Positions 43,779 through 52,140 of a DNA stretch of 64,000 bases are shown here, in pieces (positions within the stretch are counted from its first letter, which is position 1; every line of letters starts with the position of its first letter). The position numbers and the translations under genes are program-made. The stretch is from the NCBI GenBank assembly GCA_037481815.1, contig JBBFKX010000002.1, forward strand, positions 320,001 through 384,000, in the 5' to 3' direction. This DNA is from a candidate division WOR-3 bacterium. Lineage in GTDB: Bacteria; Hydrothermota; 32-111. The notes below the pieces were generated by a model. The model was not told the DNA's origin. It saw only the letters and a list, made by a program, of their open reading frames with translations, and did not search any database.

Positions 43779-45115
43779 ACTACCTCTTTTAAATTTTTTA
43801 TTAAAAGATCTATCTCCTCTTTACTCCTTTTTTCAGTTGAAGCGATCAAAAGAATATCTTTGTAATCTTTTGAAAATCTTTCAAGGTTTACACCTATCAA
43901 AAATCCTCTTGTTTTCATCTTTTTGTATACATCGTTCAAACCTTTTATCTTTACTGGGAACTCGTTGAAGAACTCTTTTTGATCATATAAAATTTCAACA
44001 CCTTTTACCTCTTTCAATCTTTCTTTCAAATAATGTGCTGAAAGTAAAGAATCGGTGCTAACCTTTTTCAAACCTTTCTTGCCAAGCGATGAAAGGTAAA
44101 CTGTTGCCATAAGCATACAGAGCCCTTCATTTGTGCATATGTTAGAAGTTGCTTTTTCTCTTTTGATGTGTTGTTCTCGTGTTTGCAGTGTCATAACAAA
44201 AGCTTCTTTCCCGTTCTTGTCCTTTGTTCTTGCGATTATTCTTCCAGGCATATTTCTTATATATTCTTTTCTACTTGTAAATATCCCAAGAAGTGGTCCA
44301 CCAAAACTCTGCTCTATCCCAAACACCTGGCCTTCTCCAACAGCTATATCCGCTCCCATATCACCTGCTGGTTTCAGAATTGGGAGAGTCATTGGATTTT
44401 GATTAACAATAAACATAACTCCTTTTTCTTTAACAATCTTTCCAATTCTTTCCCCATCCTCTATCAATCCAAAAAAGTTCGGTGTTTGCAATACAAAAGC
44501 AGCATATGAATCGTCAAGTTTCTTTTCAAGTTGTTCAATATCGACTGTTCCATCCTTCAGATCAACAAAATCACAATGTATATTTTGCCCTTTAAGATAC
44601 GTATGAACAACTTCAAGAATCTTTACATTCACTCCTTTTGAAATTAAAACTTTTTCTTTCCCTTTTATCGACATTGCCATATGACATGCTTCAGCAGTTG
44701 CTGTTGCTCCATCGTACATCGACGCGTTTGCAACATCCATCTTAAAAAGTTCACAAACCATCGATTGATACTCATAAATCGATTGTAATGTCCCTTGAGA
44801 AACTTCAGGTTGATATGGGGTATACGCTGTGTAAAATTCAGGTCTTGAAATTATATGCTTTATAACTGGTGGTATATAATGATCATAGATGCCACATCCC
44901 ATAAAGGAAATATAATCTTCTGTTGTTTTGTTCTTTTCTGCAATCTTTTTCACCTCTTTCAGAAGTTGGTATTCAGAAATCCCTTCATCGAGTTCTTCGA
45001 GTTCACTTTTTAGATTATCTGGAATATGTTTTATCAACTCATCAAAACTTTTTACCCCGATCTCATTTAAAAGTTCATTTTTCTTTTTTTCATCAGAAGG
45101 TATATACTTTTTCAT
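43775..45115 (-). CDS. gcvPA: Glycine dehydrogenase (decarboxylating) subunit 1
   Basis: EFYTAYTPYQPEVSQG, ANASMYDGATA, FGGP, TLQTREQHIKREKATSNICTN. Confidence 0.95.
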   Translation of the reverse strand: MKKYIPSDEKKKNELLNEIGVKSFDELIKHIPDNLKSELEELDEGISEYQLLKEVKKIAEKNKTTEDYISFMGCGIYDHYIPPVIKHIISRPEFYTAYTPYQPEVSQGTLQSIYEYQSMVCELFKMDVANASMYDGATATAEACHMAMSIKGKEKVLISKGVNVKILEVVHTYLKGQNIHCDFVDLKDGTVDIEQLEKKLDDSYAAFVLQTPNFFGLIEDGERIGKIVKEKGVMFIVNQNPMTLPILKPAGDMGADIAVGEGQVFGIEQSFGGPLLGIFTSRKEYIRNMPGRIIARTKDKNGKEAFVMTLQTREQHIKREKATSNICTNEGLCMLMATVYLSSLGKKGLKKVSTDSLLSAHYLKERLKEVKGVEILYDQKEFFNEFPVKIKGLNDVYKKMKTRGFLIGVNLERFSKDYKDILLIASTEKRSKEEIDLLIKNLKEVV

Positions 45116-45124
45116 AATTTCCTC

Positions 45125-45514
45125 TTAATGATGGCTTTCCTCACAATGTTTTTCATATTCTTTGCTTCCCATAAGATTGTTCAACTCGTCAAGATTTTCT
45201 GGTTTTATCTTCACGATCCATCCTTCTCCATAGGGATCCTCATTTATCTTGTTTGGAGAATCGTTTAAATTTTTGTTGACCTCGATTATTTCACCTGAAA
45301 CACCAGCAACAAGATCGGAAACAGCTTTTACTGCTTCTATAGTTCCTATCACATCCCCTGCTTTGACTTTTCTTCCAACTTCAGGAAGTTCAACAAATGC
45401 GATATCTGAAAGTTCTGATTGTGCAAAATCTGTTATCCCTTCAACGCATATTCCATTTTCAACTCTGATCCATTCGTGAGTTTTTGTATATTTTAGATCA
45501 TCAAGAAGTTTCAT
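45125..45514 (-). CDS. gcvH: Glycine cleavage H protein
   Basis: YTKTHEW, GITDFAQSEL, lipoyl site EAVKAVSD, NEDPYGEGW. Confidence 0.95.
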   Translation of the reverse strand: MKLLDDLKYTKTHEWIRVENGICVEGITDFAQSELSDIAFVELPEVGRKVKAGDVIGTIEAVKAVSDLVAGVSGEIIEVNKNLNDSPNKINEDPYGEGWIVKIKPENLDELNNLMGSKEYEKHCEESHH

Positions 45515-45522
45515 ATATCCTC

Positions 45523-46623
45523 CTATTTATGTGTTCCATTCTTATAAAATGGGGGTTTGACTATAACTGCTTTTTTCATTCCTCTAATGTCTATTTCGAT
45601 TTCCTGTCCTATCTTTGTAAACGGAAGGTTAACATATCCAAGACCGATATACTTGTCTATCGATGGAGAGTAGTTTCCACTTGTGACAAAACCGACTTCT
45701 TTTCCATCAACAAAAATTTTATAGTTGTGTCTTGGAATACCTTTATCCATCATTTCAAAACAGACAAGTTTTCTTTTTAAGCCATCCTCTTTCTGTTTTA
45801 TCAAAGCATCTCTTCCGATGAAATTTCCCTTTTCAAGTTTTACACACCAGCCGATCCCCGCTTCGAGTGGAGTTGTATTCTGATCGATGTCGTTACCATA
45901 AAGCATATACCTCATCTCCAATCTTAAAGTATCCCTCGCTGCAAGCCCTATAGGTTCGATTCCAAACTCTTCTCCTGCTTTAAAAATTTCGTTCCAGATT
46001 TTTTCCGCATTCTCTTTGTAAAAGTAAAGTTCAAATCCATCCTCACCAGTGTAACCTGTTCTGGAAATAACCATGTCTATGCCACAGACCTTTGTCTCAG
46101 CAGAATAATAAAATCCCATCTTTTCAAGTTGAAAATCGGTAAGTTTTTGTATAACCTTTTCAGCAACAGGTCCCTGAACAGCGAGTTGGGCTATTCTGTC
46201 GGAAATATTCTCAACCTCAACATCATCCCATTTGTTTTTCATTATCCATTCATAATCTTTATCAGTATTTGATGCGTTAACAACAAGCATTATTTCATTC
46301 TTTAAATTGTAAACAAGAAGATCATCAACTATTCCTCCATTCTCATAAAGCATATTTGAATATTGTACCTGATTCTCCTCCAAAGACATAACCGAGTTTG
46401 TAGTTATATAATCCACAAACTCCTTTCTTTTTTCTCCCCTGACAATTATTTCTCCCATGTGAGACACATCAAAAACTCCAACTGTTGTTCTCACTTTTTT
46501 GATCTCTTCAATAACGCCTTTAAACTGCACGGGCATTTCATATCCTGCAAAAGGGACGATTTTCCCATTATTTTTTACATGAAAATTATAAAAAGGTGTC
46601 CTTTTTAACAATTTTACCTCCAT
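45523..46623 (-). CDS. gcvT: Glycine cleavage aminomethyltransferase
   Basis: [51 protein letters not shown]. Confidence 0.95.
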   Translation of the reverse strand: MEVKLLKRTPFYNFHVKNNGKIVPFAGYEMPVQFKGVIEEIKKVRTTVGVFDVSHMGEIIVRGEKRKEFVDYITTNSVMSLEENQVQYSNMLYENGGIVDDLLVYNLKNEIMLVVNASNTDKDYEWIMKNKWDDVEVENISDRIAQLAVQGPVAEKVIQKLTDFQLEKMGFYYSAETKVCGIDMVISRTGYTGEDGFELYFYKENAEKIWNEIFKAGEEFGIEPIGLAARDTLRLEMRYMLYGNDIDQNTTPLEAGIGWCVKLEKGNFIGRDALIKQKEDGLKRKLVCFEMMDKGIPRHNYKIFVDGKEVGFVTSGNYSPSIDKYIGLGYVNLPFTKIGQEIEIDIRGMKKAVIVKPPFYKNGTHK

Positions 46624-46724
46624 TGAAAAAATTGATTTTTATTATACAACTTTATTCAAATTATTCAAGGGAGAGCAGTTGAAAATTTTTTTGAAATTTT
46701 TAAAATATAAAAAAGGAGTTTTTA

Positions 46725-47966
46725 ATGAAATTTTTACTTTTAACAATAATCATCCTTAAAAACATTTTCGTTTTCTTTCTTAACATCAAAGAAAAATTGT
46801 ATATACAAAAACATTCAAAAAATATACCTGAAAATTTTAAAGATGTTCTCGATGAGAGTAAATTCTCGATATCAAACAGTTACAACATAGAAAAATTAAA
46901 TTTTTCAAACATTTCTCTGATCTTTTCTCAAACGATATTGTTAATCTTTATCTTCTCACCACTTTTAAACCTTTTTTCAAGTTATTTTGATAAACTTAAT
47001 ACGATATATATACTCAAATCACTATCCTTTTTTTCTTTTCTAATAATAATTTCTACACTTTTCAGTTTACCTTTCGATTTTTACTTTCATTTCAAAATTG
47101 AAAAAAAATATGGATTCTTAAAATACAAAATTTCCGGTTGGCTAAAAGATAAGTTGAAAGAGTTGTTGATCAATCTTGTTCTTACAAACATTTTCGTTTT
47201 AGTCCTCATAGGAATAGTAGGAAAGAATTTTTATTTTTCTCCCTTAAAAATTTTAGGTATTACAATTATTTTTGTGTTCCTTTTAGTTCTATTCACATTT
47301 ATTGTCCCTATCATTTTGATACCGTTTATGTACAAAACTGAAAAACTCAAAGACGAAAAACTTATGTCAAAAATCAAAGAACTGATAGAAAAGTCAGGTT
47401 ATACCTTCGATGGTGTTTATGTGATAAGGGAGAGTGAAAAATCAACTCATTCGAATGCAATGTTTACAGGTATCGGAATAAAAAAAAGGGTTATTCTTTT
47501 TGACAATCTCCTTTCAAAATTTTCTGAAGATGAGATTTTGGGTGTTGTTGCACATGAGATCGGACATGGAAAACTTGCTCATATAAAAAAATTTTTGATT
47601 CTGAATATAGTTGCGATTTTCCTTTTCATCATAGCATCCTTTTCAATACTTTCCAATGATTACATCTATAAAATTTTTAGTGTTCCCTTAAACTCATTCA
47701 CTGGGATATTTTTACTCTCCATTTTAACTTCAGAGTTAATCCTGTATTTTTTCAATCCTCTTTTAAATTCTATTTCAAGAAGGTTTGAATTTGAGGCAGA
47801 CAATTTCTCAAAAAATTTAATGAAAGATAAAACGCCGATAATAAAAGCATTGAAAAAACTTGCTTTTGAAGAGTTATCCAGTATAAATGTTGATCCTGTC
47901 TATGAATTTTTCTATTATTCACATCCAACTCTTGAAAAGAGAATATTGAATTTACAAAAAGATTAA
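46725..47966 (+). CDS. M48 (Ste24/HtpX-like) membrane zinc metallopeptidase
   Basis: Multiple TM helices; NAMFTG, VAHEIGH (HExxH), SRRFEFEAD, YSHPTLEKRI. Confidence 0.92.
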   Translation: MKFLLLTIIILKNIFVFFLNIKEKLYIQKHSKNIPENFKDVLDESKFSISNSYNIEKLNFSNISLIFSQTILLIFIFSPLLNLFSSYFDKLNTIYILKSLSFFSFLIIISTLFSLPFDFYFHFKIEKKYGFLKYKISGWLKDKLKELLINLVLTNIFVLVLIGIVGKNFYFSPLKILGITIIFVFLLVLFTFIVPIILIPFMYKTEKLKDEKLMSKIKELIEKSGYTFDGVYVIRESEKSTHSNAMFTGIGIKKRVILFDNLLSKFSEDEILGVVAHEIGHGKLAHIKKFLILNIVAIFLFIIASFSILSNDYIYKIFSVPLNSFTGIFLLSILTSELILYFFNPLLNSISRRFEFEADNFSKNLMKDKTPIIKALKKLAFEELSSINVDPVYEFFYYSHPTLEKRILNLQKD

Positions 47967-48441
47967 GGACCAACATGTATCATTGGAACATCATTACTGT
48001 AATCTTCAAATTTTAAACTATTCTCCCTTTCAAGTTGAAGAATCGAATAATGTATCATCTCCATGGATGAAAAGAATTTTAGCATTTTGGATGTTTTTTG
48101 ATCGTCAGCAAAAACTCTTGAAAGTTCCTGATAAAAATTGTGTGCAGCAAGTTCACTTTCCATCGCTTCATAAAGTATATCACTCAAAGGTTTGTTTGGA
48201 GAGGATATATCAACTTTAGGAAGTGGAACTATATCATCAACAGGGAGTACTATCTCTTTCAGATAAGTTTTTTTATAAAATTCTTCAAAATATTTTTTAT
48301 GTTTTTCTTCTTCATTCGCAAGGAATTTTAATCTTTCTTTCAAAAAAGCGTTTTTTATCCTTTGAGCGAGTTGATTGTATATGTTCATTGAATCTATTTC
48401 ATTCTTTAATGCAAAAAGGATTAGATCCTCTCTCTTTATTT
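47821..48441 (+). repeat. Direct repeat copy 1 (621 bp; copy 2 at 50175-50795)
   Basis: Identical at offset 2354 apart from about 3 substitutions found by eye. Confidence 0.93.
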
Positions 48442-48454
48442 AAATGATATTCAT
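47963..48454 (-). pseudogene. Duplicated, disabled ferritin-like (rubrerythrin) domain
   Basis: Copy of the 3' half of 50317-51180. Reads M-N-I-I-stop where the intact copy reads M-N-I-D-E; the ORF from 48388 lacks the first Glu ligand. Confidence 0.8.
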
Positions 48455-48571
48455 CTTTTTTTATAAAAAATGTTTATTACAATGCACTCTTATTGATAGA
48501 TCCAACAACATATATTTTTAATTAATCAAGTAAAAGAAATGATAATGTTAAACTCTATTAGTTTTTTATAG

Positions 48572-49093
48572 TTATTTTACTTTTTGATTTTTTACTTTTA
48601 TCCAATAAAATAGATAATTTGAAAATAGTAAGAGAATAACCAAAAACAAATAAATCCAAATTGATTTTTGTGTGAATTCATAAAAATATTTACCGGGATA
48701 ATATATAGTCAAAATTATTATGCTTAAAAATGTTGATAAAAATATAAGAACAAAGGTTAAAATAAAAAGAATATTATAATTAATCTGTTTTTGAAATTTT
48801 CCTTTTATATTTTTAAAATCTATAAAAAAAGGAAAAATCATCGAAAAAACTAATACAAAAATAATGAATATGGAATAAACTGAAAGAACAAGATTTTTGA
48901 AAAATAAAAAATTTTTTGAAAAATCAAGATTAAGTTTTTTTTTAAAATTATCCATTTGATCAACATTTGAAATACTAATGTTATATATACTGTTATCAAT
49001 GCTATATATTTTAAAAATAAGTAAACCAAATAAAATTTGATACCACAAAAAAATGACAAAAATTAATATGAAAAGTATTATCATCTTTTTCAT
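48572..49093 (-). CDS. Hypothetical 4-TM membrane protein (candidate immunity/partner protein)
   Basis: Four hydrophobic stretches; ATG 49093 with a GGGAG RBS, 5 nt after the upstream stop. Confidence 0.7.
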   Translation of the reverse strand: MKKMIILFILIFVIFLWYQILFGLLIFKIYSIDNSIYNISISNVDQMDNFKKKLNLDFSKNFLFFKNLVLSVYSIFIIFVLVFSMIFPFFIDFKNIKGKFQKQINYNILFILTFVLIFLSTFLSIIILTIYYPGKYFYEFTQKSIWIYLFLVILLLFSNYLFYWIKVKNQKVK

Positions 49094-49098
49094 AATTA

Positions 49099-49914
49099 TC
49101 ACTCCCACCATTCACTTAAAAAACATTTTGTTTTACACACAGTATAACAAAAAGAAAGACATTCTCCTGTTTCGTCCTCATCACTATGATAACAAGTCGC
49201 TGCACAAGGATCATAGCAATTTGCAAAGCAAATTAGAAATTTATTTATTGCCGTAGAATTTGGTATAATATATACATCGCTTATAGGTAAAGTTCCAAGT
49301 GAAAAATAAAATTGATTTGATGTGGTTGTAAAAATTGAATAATCTGGATATAAAATATTAGTGTTTATAGGTGATGTCTCGCTCTTATTTACAATAACTG
49401 TTGACGAATCCATAATAAAATCTAATTCAGAATTCATTATAGAATATGATTCCAATTTTATCCACATTTTTTTATCACTATTTTTTTGAATAAGAATAAC
49501 TATTTCAGATTTATAATTTCTATCTTTTGAATTAAAAGGAATATTAACAGAATAAAAAGTATCATTCCATATAGGACAATATACTTTAATTATTTCCTTT
49601 TTTTCAAAACTCTGAACAAATCCACTCTCTTTCATTAATCTTTTAATTTGTTCCCATGAATCTGAAGAAACTATGTTAGCAAAAATCATTGTTTCTTCTT
49701 TCTTTTCTAAATCCAATATCAAAAAAGTATCACATAAAGCACAACTATCTGCATAGACCTCTGTTTTGATAATAACTTTGGGTCCAAAATTATTTTCCAT
49801 GTTTAGCGAACAATTTGATAAAAGCAATAATAATGTTGATAGAACTATTACAATCAACACAAAATTACTAATTTTTTTTATTAGAAATAAAAAACTGCTA
49901 ATCGTTATTTTCAT
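49099..49914 (-). CDS. Hypothetical lipoprotein with a C-terminal 8-Cys CX3C-repeat domain
   Basis: AGGAGG RBS; LLLLSNC lipobox-like; tail CFANCYDPCAATC-YHSDEDETGE-CLSFCYTVCKTKC. Confidence 0.8.
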   Translation of the reverse strand: MKITISSFLFLIKKISNFVLIVIVLSTLLLLLSNCSLNMENNFGPKVIIKTEVYADSCALCDTFLILDLEKKEETMIFANIVSSDSWEQIKRLMKESGFVQSFEKKEIIKVYCPIWNDTFYSVNIPFNSKDRNYKSEIVILIQKNSDKKMWIKLESYSIMNSELDFIMDSSTVIVNKSETSPINTNILYPDYSIFTTTSNQFYFSLGTLPISDVYIIPNSTAINKFLICFANCYDPCAATCYHSDEDETGECLSFCYTVCKTKCFLSEWWE

Positions 49915-50023
49915 ATCACCTCCTATTTATTGTTTCTTGTTTTTTTAAAACCAGTTCTTTTTTATTCCCCACTTTTTTAAATGTTAATTTAAAATAAAAA
50001 AAAATCAATATTTTTTGTTTTTT

Positions 50024-50058
50024 ATACCCGAAAGGATTTGAACTTTCAACCAGTGGAA
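50024..50058 (-). pseudogene. Degenerate 3'-half fragment of tRNA-Arg(CCG)
   Basis: 31/35 identical to 37194-37228, same orientation. Confidence 0.85.
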
Positions 50059-50173
50059 TTTAAATTTCTCGATATTTTAATAATAAGACCATAAAAATAT
50101 TTTGTAAATATTTTTATTATTACCAGAATTCAAATTAAAGATAGCAAAATTTTTTCTTTCTTTCTAAATTAAT

Positions 50174-50320
50174 TTGAAAGATAAAACACCGATAATAAAA
50201 GCATTAAAAAAACTTGCTTTTGAAGAGTTATCCAGTATAAATGTTGATCCTGTCTATGAATTTTTCTATTATTCACATCCAACTCTTGAAAAGAGAATAT
50301 TGAATTTACAAAAAGATTAA
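50174..50320 (+). pseudogene. Duplicated 3' fragment of the M48 peptidase gene
   Basis: Encodes the same last ~48 residues (KDKTPIIKALKKLAFEELSS..YSHPTLEKRILNLQKD) without the upstream gene body. Confidence 0.8.
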
Positions 50321-50795
50321 GGACCAACATGTATCATTGGAACATCGTTACTGTAATCTTCAAATTTTAAACTATTCTCCCTTTCAAGTTGAAGAATCGA
50401 ATAATGTATCATCTCCATGGATGAAAAGAATTTTAGCATTTTGGATGTTTTTTGATCGTCAGCAAAAACTCTTGAAAGTTCCTGATAAAAATTGTGTGCA
50501 GCAAGTTCACTTTCCATCGCTTCATAAAGTATATCACTCAAAGGTTTGTTTGGAGAGGATATATCAACTTTAGGAAGTGGAACTATATCATCAACAGGGA
50601 GTACTATCTCTTTCAGATAAGTTTTTTTATAAAATTCTTCAAAATATTTTTTATGTTTTTCTTCTTCATTCGCAAGGAATTTTAATCTTTCTTTCAAAAA
50701 AGCGTTTTTTATCCTTTGAGCGAGTTGATTGTATATGTTCATTGAATCTATTTCATTCTTTAATGCAAAAAGGATTAGATCCTCTCTCTTTATTT
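50175..50795 (+). repeat. Direct repeat copy 2
   Basis: Matches 47821-48441. Confidence 0.93.
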
Positions 50796-51180
50796 CGTCT
50801 ATATTCATCCTTCTCCATAGTCCATGTATATTACAATATGCTCTAACACTTTTTATTTTAAAACTTTTTGGTAATATATAAACTGGTTTTTCATCGATAT
50901 TGAAAAATTTTTTTATACTCTCTTTATCTGTATTTATTTCTAACCATTCGATATGATGTTCTTTCGTCATCGGATGTTCAACTTCGCCAACAGATATTTC
51001 AAAAAAACCATTTTTTTCTTTTATGAATGGTAGATGTTTTTCCATTCCTTCATCTTTATTTTTCGATTCCTCTTTCAACATAACTTTTCCACAACAAATG
51101 ATTTCTCCATCTCCTTCCCTTAAAATTTCAACTACATTATTACATACAGAACACCTTAAGATATCTTTTTTTATATCCAT
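50317..51180 (-). CDS. Desulfoferrodoxin (2Fe superoxide reductase) fused to a rubrerythrin/ferritin-like di-iron domain
   Basis: Desulforedoxin CSVC..CCG; SOR EKHLP, HPMTKEHHIEW, YCNIHGLW; di-iron ligands NE..EEEKH..ESE..MEMIH. ATG 51180 after AGGAGG. Confidence 0.9.
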   Translation of the reverse strand: MDIKKDILRCSVCNNVVEILREGDGEIICCGKVMLKEESKNKDEGMEKHLPFIKEKNGFFEISVGEVEHPMTKEHHIEWLEINTDKESIKKFFNIDEKPVYILPKSFKIKSVRAYCNIHGLWRRMNIDEIKREDLILFALKNEIDSMNIYNQLAQRIKNAFLKERLKFLANEEEKHKKYFEEFYKKTYLKEIVLPVDDIVPLPKVDISSPNKPLSDILYEAMESELAAHNFYQELSRVFADDQKTSKMLKFFSSMEMIHYSILQLERENSLKFEDYSNDVPMIHVGP

Positions 51181-51294
51181 CTCTCCTCCTCTTTTAAAAT
51201 TATTATAATTCAAAATGTAATCTATATCAAGGTTAGGGTTGTATTTTTACAAAAATTAACTATATTAAAATAATATCATTTTAAAGGAGTGAAA

Positions 51295-52086
51295 ATGGAA
51301 GAAAAAAAGAAAAATCAGTTCAACAAAATAAAACACAAAATTTTGATTTTAAGTGGCAAAGGTGGTGTTGGAAAAAGTACTGTTTCAGTTAACATATCAT
51401 CTACTCTTAAAAGTTTGGGATATAAGGTCGGACTTCTCGATATCGATCTACATGGTCCTTCGATTTCAAAAATGGTTGGTGTTGAAGATAGAAGAATTGA
51501 ACTGGATGATAACAACCTTATGAAACCTGTACTTACTGAAGGTGGAATCAAAACTTTATCTTTATCGATGCTTGTTGAGAAATCTGATTCTCCGATCATC
51601 TGGAGAGGACCTTTGAAGATCAAGGCGATTCAGCAATTTTTCGATGATGTAAACTGGGGAGAACTCGATTTTTTGATAATAGATTCTCCTCCTGGAACTG
51701 GTGATGAACCTTTAACTATTCTACAACAGATCGAAGGTGTAACAGGAGTTGTAATTGTCACAACACCACAGGAAGTTTCTACATCCGATGTTGCAAGATC
51801 TATAAATTTTGTAAAAATGGTTGGTGGAGAAATTCTTGGGTTAATCGAAAACATGTCATATTTTGTCTGTCCGGTATGTAAAACTCAACATAAAATTTTT
51901 GGAGAAGGTGGAGGTGAAAGGTTGGCAAAACGGTACAATATCGATAACTTTGTAAAGATCCCTTTAGATAAAGAACTAGTTGAACTTTCTGACTCTGGTA
52001 AACCCTATGTTGAAACTTATCCTGACTCAGAGATCTACAAAATTTTTGAGAATTTCATAAAAAATATGATCACAAAAATCGAATGA
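51295..52086 (+). CDS. mrp: Mrp/ApbC/NBP35 Fe-S cluster carrier ATPase
   Basis: SGKGGVGKSTV, DIDLHGPS, IIWRGP, DSPPGTGD, VTTPQ, ENMSYFVCPVC. Confidence 0.93.
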   Translation: MEEKKKNQFNKIKHKILILSGKGGVGKSTVSVNISSTLKSLGYKVGLLDIDLHGPSISKMVGVEDRRIELDDNNLMKPVLTEGGIKTLSLSMLVEKSDSPIIWRGPLKIKAIQQFFDDVNWGELDFLIIDSPPGTGDEPLTILQQIEGVTGVVIVTTPQEVSTSDVARSINFVKMVGGEILGLIENMSYFVCPVCKTQHKIFGEGGGERLAKRYNIDNFVKIPLDKELVELSDSGKPYVETYPDSEIYKIFENFIKNMITKIE

Positions 52087-52140
52087 TTTTTGTTGACTTT
52101 CATATTCTTCTTCAATATATTTTTATTTGAAGGAGGAGTT

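Larger units (their letters stand above)
48442..50174. mobile_element. Small AT-rich insertion (islet) between direct repeats; no integrase or transposase
   Basis: Flanked by 621-bp direct repeats; visibly more AT-rich than neighbours; two orphan genes plus a tRNA fragment. Confidence 0.6.

Noticed and set aside
47963..48388. 141-aa ORF as an independent rubrerythrin gene
   Set aside because: No SD, lacks the first iron-ligand Glu, and has an in-frame stop after the homologous start; treated as a pseudogene
49123..49230. Cys-rich tail as a radical-SAM RiPP precursor (sactipeptide/ranthipeptide)
   Set aside because: No radical SAM/SPASM enzyme, RRE or transporter nearby, and the precursor is a long exported lipoprotein
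37193..50058. Prophage or ICE bounded by tRNA-Arg and its 3' fragment (attL/attR)
   Set aside because: The fragment is upstream rather than downstream of the tRNA, the intervening genes are housekeeping (HU, gcv, meaB), and there is no integrase
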